Shown here piece after piece: positions 1 through 7,984 of a stretch of 22,128 nucleotides of DNA. The notes beneath the pieces are model-generated. The model ran no database searches. It worked only from the letters and a program-made list of their open reading frames with translations, and was not told where the DNA came from. Position 1 is the stretch's first letter. Every line of letters starts with the position of its first letter. The DNA comes from Macrostomum lignano (lineage: Eukaryota). The position numbers and the translations under genes were made by a program. The stretch is from assembly GCA_002269645.1 (NCBI GenBank), contig NIVC01005195.1, positions 1 through 22,128 on the forward strand. Reading direction: 5' to 3'.

Positions 1-210
1 GAGTAGAGCAAATTGAATATGAAATTCACAGCTGATTTTACGCGGTGTTGGGGACAGACTTGTCTTCTGCTAGGTGCTTATAACGAACTGTTTTTGTTTA
101 ACTAGTGTTATAAAAAATATTCGATTTTAAAGTTGCATGTAACTTGGTTATAAATATGGAAGTTAATTTTGAGTTGTTTCACGACATTAGCAGACAACTC
201 TGCTAAGAAT

Positions 211-216
211 TTTATT
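211..216 (-). terminator. Candidate polyadenylation signal (AATAAA) of the SUEL-CUB receptor gene
   Basis: Plus-strand TTTATT in AT-rich sequence ~480 nt downstream of the stop codon. Usage is inferred. Confidence 0.4.
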
Positions 217-379
217 AAAGTTTTGTTTGCATTTAGCAAACTTGTAAGCATTCTGCAATACTTCAGTTAGTATTTCACAAGGCGCTTTAGCCGACTCCGT
301 TACAGCTTGAATGCCAGGAACTGACCAGTTCTGAACTACCACTCTAAGGTACTAATCAGGAGGTATATGTAGCCACTCT

Positions 380-675
380 TGACCTACCCATCCTGACCTA
401 CCCACCCTGACCACCATCCTGACCTACCATCCTGACCCACCCATAACTGACCTAACTCATCCTGACCTACCCATCCTGACCCACCCATAACTGACCTACC
501 CACCCTGACCTACCCATCCTGACCCACCATAACTGTCCTACCCATCCTGACCTACCATCCTGACCCACCCATAACTGTCCTACCCATCCTGACCTACCCA
601 TCCTGACCCATCTTGACCCACCCATAACTGACCTACCCATCCTGACCTACCCACCCTGACCCACCCATAACTGAC
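380..675. repeat. Degenerate minisatellite, ~14-19 bp units (CCTGACCTACCCAT / CTGACCCACCCATAA)
   Basis: About 20 imperfect copies are visible directly. It lies just downstream of the receptor stop codon (698) on the minus strand. Confidence 0.95.
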
Positions 676-697
676 GCAACTCATCCGATCCATCCTT

Positions 698-1163
698 CTA
701 GACGTGGCTTGTCTCGCTGTACACGCAGCCGTCAGATCTTCGCCGGTGCCCAGCATCAGCTGCGGCGAAGTCTCCCAGGTCCTGATAGTCATTGGCGTTG
801 CTGCAGGCTGTCAAGGCTGTCACCGCCAGCCGATCGTCGAGCTGCTGAACAGCATCAGCAGCGATGCCTCTGATTGGCTGCGGCAACTGGCAGCTGTTGC
901 TGCTGGGGATGAAGTTTGCGCTGGTTCTGCCGTCGCGGCCGCGGAGCTGGCAGAGTTGCTGAATTAACCGACGGTGCCGACATTGACTGCTGCTGCTGTT
1001 CGGCGGCCGGTGGCAACTGATCGCTGCGATTATCGTAGAAGCCGCAGGTGCCGCTGAGCGAATGCGGCAGGCCGGCCAGGGACAGCGGCACGGTGGACGT
1101 CGAGTACAGGATCTCGTGAGAGTCATCGCACTCCCGCGACTAGCGGCCTCCTTGGCTTTGAAC
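698..1163 (-). CDS. SUEL-CUB receptor, last coding exon (cytoplasmic tail, ends ...NDYQDL...VYSETSHV*)
   Basis: The acceptor catctgccgcag|G at 1164/1163 matches the phase-2 donor of the TM exon. 1 nt + 155 codons runs open to TAG at 698. The middle part may really be in another frame (see findings). Confidence 0.75.
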
Positions 1164-1204
1164 CTGCGGCAGATGCGTTCGGGTTCGCTTGGGTTTCACT
1201 TGCA

Positions 1205-1232
1205 TGTCTGTCTGTCTGTCTGTCTGTCTGGC

Positions 1233-1278
<46 letters not shown>

Positions 1279-1280
1279 CC

Positions 1281-1326
<46 letters not shown>

Positions 1327-1348
1327 CCTGTCTGTCTGTCTGTCTGTC

Positions 1349-1438
<90 letters not shown>

Positions 1439-1533
1439 CTGTCTGTCTTAGTGTCTGTCTGTCTGTCTGTCTGTGTGTCTGTCTGTCTGTCTGTCTGTCT
1501 TAGTGTCTGTCTGTCCGTCTGTCTTAGTGTCTG
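1205..1533. repeat. (TCTG)n/(CAGA)n microsatellite in the last intron of the receptor gene
   Basis: ~80 tetramer units with a few interruptions (TCCG, TTAG). Confidence 0.98.
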
Positions 1534-1585
1534 TAAGAATTTTCATCGCTGGCCTGTCGCGCGATCTGGAACTGCAGAGACTCAC

Positions 1586-1661
1586 AGTTTAAAGACAAAC
1601 GTGGCGAGCACAACCGCCAGCAGGACCAGCAGACTTGTCACCAGGATGACCAGAAAAATTA
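1586..1661 (-). CDS. SUEL-CUB receptor, transmembrane exon ((V)[25 protein letters not shown])
   Basis: 76-nt exon bounded by actttgcag| and |gtgagt. It encodes ~23 uninterrupted hydrophobic residues followed by Lys. Not present in the ORF track. Confidence 0.88.
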
Positions 1662-2018
1662 CTGCAAAGTGATATGTAGTTTTTCCACATTAGCTTGATC
1701 AAGTCAGTGCCAAAAAGACGCGCAGGTTACTAATCAAGCTCGTAGAAGATAAATCTGCAACCGGGGAGCTGAGAGCTGGGAGATGATTGTCTAAATTGCA
1801 TCACGGAAAAAACCAGCTTCATCAACTGAGGTTTCCGCTCCAATGCGCTCTGATTTGCTCTGCTCCAAAGCACAAAAATGAATCGGAAATCTTCTATCAG
1901 GTCGAGCGATGTTTTGCTCTCAATTTCCTAATTTACTGCTCTGTTGCTCAGAGAGTTTTCTGCGAAAGAGTCATCTGGTAGGTTCCATCAGTTCTACAGT
2001 ATTTTTGCTTTATAGCTA

Positions 2019-2265
2019 GGGTCACTCTGTGGGACACCCGCTGTCTCCTTAGGTCACTCTGCGACACCTGCTGTCTCCTTGGGTCACTCTGTGGGACACC
2101 CGCTGTCTCCTTGGGTCACTGCGACACCTGCTGTCTCCTTGGGTCACTCTGTGGGACACCCGCTGTCTCCTTAGGTCACTCTGCGACACCTGCTGTCTCC
2201 TTGGGTCACTCTGTGGGACACCCGCTGTCTCATTGGGGTCACTCTATGGGACACCCGCTGTCTCC
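2019..2265. repeat. Intronic minisatellite with alternating 32-bp and ~30-bp units (GGGTCACTCTGTGGGACACCCGCTGTCTCCTT / AGGTCACTCTGCGACACCTGCTGTCTCCTT)
   Basis: Eight units read directly. The array ends 17 nt from the exon donor. Confidence 0.95.
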
Positions 2266-2282
2266 ACTGGTGTCATGCTCAC

Positions 2283-3247
2283 CAACACTATCGCCGTATC
2301 CGGAGAATCGCCCAGTGGACGCCACACCATCCCGATAGTTGACCAACACGCTGCTCTGCCTCCACCGTCGCCGATGCCATCGGCCCAGGCGCCTTTGCTG
2401 CTTTGCGAAGTGGTTCCGCCGACGAGAACAACAGCCGGAGAGGCTGCCGATCCTGCCGTTGTCGTCTCGATCGACTTCGATCTCGCAGCTGGGCTCTCCG
2501 GTATCAATGGTGTCGCTTCGTAGTAAAGCCAGAACCCCGTGTAGCCCACACCAGCCACCAGGCCGGTGGTCAGCGACACACGGACCTCCGGGCCATCGGC
2601 CAGCATGGCTGACTCCATACGACGCTGGCCGCAGCGTCTCCAAACTTGAGGCGCATGCTGGCCGGATTGACCGCTGTCAACCAACGTCAGACTGCTGTTG
2701 CAGTCGAGATCCAGGCTGTGCAGTGTTAAGCGAATCTTCTGTCGCTTGGGAGCACCGCTAGCATCAGTGAACAATGGCAAGCTGATCGTCAGGGTGCAGT
2801 TAAGTCCCGCCGGATATGCTTCCGGATAAGCCGGACTGATCACGTGACCCAACTGGCCAACCAACCGTCCGGTCTTGCAGACGTCGTGCAGTTCCTTAGC
2901 CGACACGCAGTCGTACACAGCCTGGTAGTAGGTCGGCCTGACCGGCTTCTGGCAGGCTCCGCTGGGCGCGATCGGGCCCGAGCTGCGCACGCTGGTGACG
3001 CAGTCGGTGAGACCGTTGCACACCCGGTTGAGACTGGCGTCCATGCGAAAGCAGTTGCCGCGGATGTGCCGGCAATGGCCGCCAGTCCCAGCGCCAAAAA
3101 AGGAATGCTGGATGTGAATTCGCTGGCCGGGCGGGCAGCTCAGCTGAACTGGTGTTGTTGGCATGAAGTTTGAATCGCCTACAGAGAAACTGCTGCTGTG
3201 GTCCTCCTCCAGACAGGTGGACATCACCGTGTGTTTGACGTCGCCCG
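2283..3247 (-). CDS. SUEL-CUB receptor, ectodomain exon: SUEL/rhamnose-binding-lectin-like domain (2907-3215), CUB domain (2514-2879), Ser/Thr/Gly stalk
   Basis: Acceptor acattttcag|CG (phase 1) and donor TTG|gtgagc. The SUEL-like 8-Cys pattern is C..LSCPPGQRIHI..FG..C..C..CNG..C..C..YYQAVYDC. CUB hallmarks are C..GHVISPAYPEAYPAGLNCTLTI, KIRLTL..LDLDC, CG, GFWLYYEA. One apparent 1-nt deletion near 2356. Confidence 0.9.
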
Positions 3248-3592
3248 CTGAAAATGTTGTCAATGGCAACGGGGATCACTCAGAATAGTAGAGCATAAGA
3301 AGGATGGATAAAGGGGCAGAGCAGCGACGCGACTCATGGTTTGATTCCGTAAAAACCGCATTCGTTTGGGCTTGTGTGCCCGGGGGTTGTCGCACGATTC
3401 ACACACATTAGGGCCAACCCCGAAGGCACAGAGAGGTGTACATGCCTGACGATTAGAAAGTCTGGGCCGCTGTACAATTGCCTCACAAGCGAGTGGTTGG
3501 TTGTGGGACGATGTCGCCGAAGGCGTTGGGCCAGGGTGGCCAGCAGCCTCGTGCGAATATTTATTTCAGATAAAGGCGGGCTGAATGCTTAC

Positions 3593-3677
3593 CTGCCGAA
3601 ACTGAAAGCACCAACTGGACGAGTGACAGTAGCAACGGCCACAGCAACTGCAGCAGATTTATTTGATGATGAAGCAT
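3593..3677 (-). CDS. SUEL-CUB receptor, first coding exon: signal peptide MLHHQINLLQLLWPLLLSLVQLVLSVSA
   Basis: ATG at 3677, a hydrophobic core ending in small residues (VSA), and a strong donor G|gtaagc. Its phase 1 matches the next acceptor. A strong upstream acceptor (ttttgtatttttttctccccag|, exon start 3832) implies a spliced 5' UTR. Confidence 0.85.
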
Positions 3678-4814
3678 TACTGCCGTTGTCTGGATTTTTC
3701 CTGGGGATATTTTTTTCACGCCTCCTCCTTCCAGAGGCCAATTTGAAAGTTGACGCGGTCGGGGCGAAGTTGACGTGGCTGATCTGTTTTTTTCCTTTTG
3801 GTGAGCCTCGGTGCCCTGAGGAGCGGCTCGGCCTGGGGAGAAAAAAATACAAAACAGAGGCTTAAGTAGGGGAAGAGAGGGTAAAGTTTTTTGTCCACAA
3901 ACGCTGAGTGAAATGGGAGAGACTTAAAAAGAGAGAGAGGAAGAGAGAGGGCGAGCGAGGGCGATACGGTGCAAAAATAGCCGCTAAAATGGAGAAAAAT
4001 GACGGGCCAAAGGCAGCTTGTTGAGGCCTGTGACAAGCGGCAGTGCGCCTGCGGTGGCGAATGGGAAAAGGCTGCATATGAAATCGGAGGCCGCCGCAAA
4101 AAAATAGTCTTCTTGCCTGCGCGTCTTAAGAAAGAGGTGCCATTGCCGGCCATTTTTCTTTGGCAATATTCTCGAGGAAATTGGCTCGGCGCAGCTGGGC
4201 TGAAGAGGAGGTGAAGCTAAATGGAAGATGTCAGCAATTATTGGGGCAGCGGATGGAACATCGCCATGCCGGAATCGCCCCTCCCCCCCCCCAGCCCGAT
4301 GGCGCCCAAGTCTATGTCGAGCTCATCAGAGGAACGTCATCGAGACATTGCCGCCAATTCCTGCGCTTGTTTGCTGCAGTCTCCTCTTTATCCGGCTGCC
4401 ATCTGCGATCTGTTCCAGCCTCTCTCGATTCCCCTGCGTCTTCGTGTCGCGATCGACCTGCCCATTTTTTTCAACAGAAAAATTTGCAATCGTCTCTCCG
4501 CATACTTGAAGGGATGCGTGAAATTTAATCTGGGACGACCTGATGGCGATCGCGGCTGATCGGAGTTCCGCTCGGCTGCAGCTGCTTTCAATAATTCAGA
4601 CCCCCCGGGGATCGCTTCGATGCTCAGAACAAGGAATCCTTGATGCAGAGAACAGACGGCCCACTAAACCCCACCTGGCCAAAGCAATTATCTGCTTCGG
4701 ATTTCGAATATCTTCGACAATCGCTTAATCCCACTGATAAGTAGGAAAATACCTGCATATTGACTTCGGTCTCCTATTTCCTGAATTCAGCTTTTCTAAC
4801 TGGAATCGGCGTTG

Positions 4815-4830
4815 CCTTACCTGCAATTCG
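4815..4830 (-). other. Candidate splice donor of an upstream non-coding exon of the receptor gene (AG|GTAAGG at 4821/4820)
   Basis: Near-consensus donor upstream of the unpaired acceptor at 3833. Other donor-like sites exist near 4753 and 5365, so the pairing is uncertain. Confidence 0.35.
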
Positions 4831-5806
4831 ATGCGTTTGTTGTACCTTCTTGCACTTCGGGCAGCACGAACTCAAAGAGGAAGAAAGAAGGCGACCGATG
4901 GCGCTCTTGTGAGCTCAGAGCAATCCTGTATTATAGTCCTGCTGGGCTCAAGGTGGACGCAGCTGGGACACGGGGAGCAAGGGATGCGGCTAGCGAAGCA
5001 AAGCATCATGGCCCGGGGAGACGATGAGGCACCACTAAATTTCCAGGGGGGGGGGGGCTGCGAACCCCGATTTTCCAGTCCGTCGGTCGTCGCCACCTCC
5101 GCACGACCGAGTAGCCGGCCCCGCAGTTCGTCACCGCGCAAATCCCTTTTGCCTCCTTCATAAACGGATTGGCTCGAGTTACTCAGCTCTAGCAAGGCGA
5201 CTCTGCAGGTTGTCAGCGCGTCACACGGGCAGGCCCTCTAATTAGTGTCGGACTCGGAAAATGAGCTGACTTCATCAATCGCCGAGGCGCCTGTGTCCCC
5301 AACATGGTTTGGGGGGGATTGACGAATTTCTGCATAGTTGGGCGATCGCGCGTGGCTTGCATTACCTGCAGCCGTCTGATTTTTGTAATATTTGTGTAAC
5401 ACGCTACTGATAGTAAAGCGAGTTGTGTTTTAAAAACGAGCTAGCAAGGAGTAAAAGCAAAGTCTCGATCGTTTTTATGAAATGAAATTTCTTTCAGTGA
5501 AATGTAGATGACTCCCTTGCTCAAAATTTACAGCGCAAAGAGCTACAGTTACATGCTAAATTCTGTGATTCACCTGTATTATTATTTCTAATACATGTAG
5601 CCCTCAAATAAAACATAGAAGTATCAGAGAAAAAGCGCATCTAATAATTATTTTAACATTATTTAGTATGTTGATTAGTAAAAACTGCAGACTGAGAAAT
5701 AGTTAATTCTTCGTAACTTTCGAGACACAGCTATATGTATCGAAAAGTGATAAAATGGACTAACAATTTGATGACGCTGCAGTGCACATGTCTTTCTTTC
5801 CCCGAA

Positions 5807-6372
5807 TCAGCAAGACACGGCCGGCTCCGGCACTTGAATCAGAGCCAGGCGAGCCGCCTGAGCAGACGCAGCGCCCAGCTTAGTTCGAAGTCGTCAGTAG
5901 CTGTCAGTGCGTCGTACGTAGCCAGGATGAGACTCGCCCGCTGCTCGCTTGCGATTCTCACCAGAGTTTCCACCCGGCTGCGGCCGAACGCGTGAATATA
6001 GCGGAACGCAGCGCAGCGCGCGCGCTTTCAGCTGCTTCGCTAGGCGCTCCTCGCGTCGGACAGACTCGGCCAGCTGCCGCTCCATGGTTGCCTCGATCGG
6101 CGAGACTGGCAACCGTTTGCGTCTCTCAGCATCGGCCTCGTTGTCTGCTACAGTGGTCTCGATCGACCACTCGCTGCCCCACCGTTCAGACCGTCCACGC
6201 AGCCGCTGTCCGCATCGGGAGCCAGCAGGTCCCGCAGCGTCGGCACCAGAACGCTGACGAACACGAGACGGTCCCCAGCTCGCTTCAAATTGGCGGCGTA
6301 CCAGTCGGCGATGTGCAAGTTCGTGTCTAGGCTGGGAACCACCGGTACCAGGATGGACCGTTCGACGCTCAT
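5807..6372 (-). CDS. Universal stress protein (UspA-like) domain protein, intronless, ~189 aa after correcting 3 apparent frameshifts
   Basis: The N-terminus MSVERSILVPVVPSLDTNLHIADWYAANLKRAGDRLVFVSVLVP resembles USP beta1-alpha1-beta2. Later frames give FRYIHAFGRSRVETLVRIASEQRASLIL (alpha3-beta4) and LLRRARLALIQVP (alpha4-beta5). Frame switches fall at G4 (6177-6180), (GC)5 (6016-6025) and GG (5854-5855). Family assignment is by eye; no HMM was run. Confidence 0.75.
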
Positions 6373-6509
6373 CTTCAGCTCCCAACCCGGACTTCTCCGT
6401 CGCGTTTTCGCGTTAAAATTTTCAAGATTCGCCCTCGGGTTATCCAGGTCTTTACGCTGCGTCTGCACTGAAATATAACTGTCGCACCGCACGGTAGGAC
6501 AGTCTGCGC

Positions 6510-6546
6510 CTGTCAGTCACGTTCTGTCAGTCACGTGGTCGCCAAT
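6510..6546 (-). promoter_or_regulatory. Putative USP-gene proximal promoter: two TGACTGACAG decamers, a CACGTG E-box and a CCAAT box
   Basis: CTGTCAGTCACGT occurs twice (6510-6522, 6524-6536), CACGTG at 6532-6537 and CCAAT at 6542-6546. The cluster is ~140-175 nt upstream of the ATG. Confidence 0.5.
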
Positions 6547-6724
6547 TGACAGACAAGCGAACCGTCTTGGCGAACAAGGGGGGGGCTGTTCAGAAGCTGA
6601 CAAGGGACAAAGTGCGCTAAGATCTTGAACCTTTATTTATGCAGACTATTGACCCTCTTTGGCTGTCTTCCACTGATGAAGCTGTTATATAGCTTTCTCA
6701 TGCCTGTCCAATGCTAAATTTGGA

Positions 6725-7021
6725 CTAGTACAGAATCTTGCCATGTACTGTGTTCACGAGTGGAAGCAATATTTGCCAAAAGCAGGCGCTCGATTCCGGT
6801 ACACATAAGTCTCTGCCTCTGCATGCACAACAAGCGATTTCGCATTCTGCAGGGGGTCCGTTCACCAGTGCAGATGCATCAGAGAATTTGACCGAGAATT
6901 TGCTACTGAGGACTGAAGGCGACCTCTTTTTTGTCTGGATCGCCGTCAGCTGCTGCGATATGCGATATGCCTTTTGGCACATTTGGTGCTGCATCTTTTT
7001 AAAGTGTTTCTCTTGTGCCAT
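6725..7021 (-). CDS. Candidate small orphan protein (98 aa; basic N-terminal half, Cys-rich C-terminal half)
   Basis: True ATG start. GTCACGTGAG and a GC-box-like GGCGGAG lie ~75 nt upstream, and AATAAA lies ~90 nt downstream (6632-6637). No family recognised. Confidence 0.35.
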   Translation of the reverse strand: MAQEKHFKKMQHQMCQKAYRISQQLTAIQTKKRSPSVLSSKFSVKFSDASALVNGPPAECEIACCACRGRDLCVPESSACFWQILLPLVNTVHGKILY

Positions 7022-7244
7022 TTCTTTGTCTTTCTGTCGGTTGCCGAAGTGGCGGGTCGGTGCGAGTGTGTTTTCTTGTAAATGGGTCTGGCGGAGTCAC
7101 GTGAGTTGAATTCTATTTGGTGTTATAATCACTAATGAATTCTTGGGCATCTAATTTTCATGTAGACAAATGGATTTGCCTTTATCCTACGCTAGTTAAA
7201 CTATTTGATTCTCTCTCATTTAGTTCTTCAGAGGGTCCCAACTG

Positions 7245-7640
7245 CCTCAATGCCAATGGTCCTTTGGAGGGTGCCAGTGCCCCCGATGGTCCTTTGGAGG
7301 GTGCCAGTGCCCCCGATGGTCCTTTGGAGGGTGCCAGTGCCCCCGATGGTCCTTTGGAGGGTGCCAGTGCCCCCGATGGTCCTTTGGAGGGTGCCATCGC
7401 CCCCAAATGGTCCTTTGGAGGGACAATTGCCCCTAATGGTCCTTTGGAGGTGGCCATTGCCCCCGATGGTCCTTTGGAGGGTACCATTGTCCCCAATGGT
7501 CCTTTGGAGACAGGCCATTGCCTTAATGGTACTTTTGATTCGGAGTGCCATTGCCCCAAACCCAATGGTCCTTTGGAGTGTGCCACTACCCCCAATAGTC
7601 CTTTGGATGGTGCCACTACCCCAATGGTTCTTTGGAGGGC
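7245..7640. repeat. 30-bp minisatellite (RATGGTCCTTTGGAGGGTGCCAGTGCCCCC), ~13 copies
   Basis: The first 4-5 units are near identical and later units progressively degenerate. Confidence 0.95.
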
Positions 7641-7904
7641 TTTGTTCTTGGTGGGCGCCGCTACTAACAACACAGTTGGTCGACAGGTCAATTGATGGGA
7701 TACATCGATCCGATCTGCACTTATAGTACCTTTTTCCTTTGATGGGTGTTAATACGACCACTAGCTCAACGGCGATCCTTTTGGTGCAAGTTAGAAAGTC
7801 TTTCGGTATATTTTCAGTGCTTTCTGATCGGATAAAATAAAATCCGTGAGCAGTTTTTTAGCAAATTGCGTTTAAATTGCCCGCCAAAGTACAGAGTCGG
7901 GCAA

Positions 7905-7984
7905 GGTAGCGTGGCCGAGTGGTCTAAGGCGCTGGATTTAGGCTCCAGTCCGAAAGGGCGTGGGTTCGAATCCCACCGCTGCCA
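7905..7984 (+). tRNA. trnL-TAG: tRNA-Leu (anticodon TAG)
   Basis: Acceptor stem GGTAGCG/CGCTGCC plus discriminator A. A-box TGGCCGAGTGG, anticodon arm CTGGA-TTTAGGC-TCCAG, class II variable arm CCGAAAGG, B-box GGTTCGAATCC. No encoded CCA. T4 run at 7991-7994. Confidence 0.97.

Noticed and set aside
1062-1672. Plus-strand ORFs with (CLSV)n
   Set aside because: They are translations of the (TCTG)n microsatellite, antisense to an intron of the receptor gene.
3880-5400. Multiple 60-145 aa ORFs in a GC-rich region; possible decayed LINE ORF1
   Set aside because: There is no recognisable domain and there are many stops in all frames. It fits better as the 5' UTR, first intron or promoter of the receptor gene.
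5807-6372. Bacterial contamination or a recent horizontal transfer of a usp gene
   Set aside because: It is embedded among spliced animal genes, has a eukaryotic-type promoter and no Shine-Dalgarno or operon context, and lophotrochozoans have native USPs. Only a phylogeny could revive the idea.
6532-6546. ER-stress element ERSE-II (ATTGG-N-CCACG) upstream of the USP gene
   Set aside because: The spacer is 3 nt rather than 1 nt, so it does not match the consensus.
7135-7761. ORFs with 10-aa repeats (PDGPLEGASA, collagen- or mucin-like)
   Set aside because: The 30-bp period keeps several frames open on both strands, internal non-triplet indels switch frames, and there is no splice or signal-peptide support.
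7905-7984. Short GAAA-capped variable arm of tRNA-Leu as a novelty
   Set aside because: It is within normal class II tRNA variation, and all identity and promoter elements are canonical.
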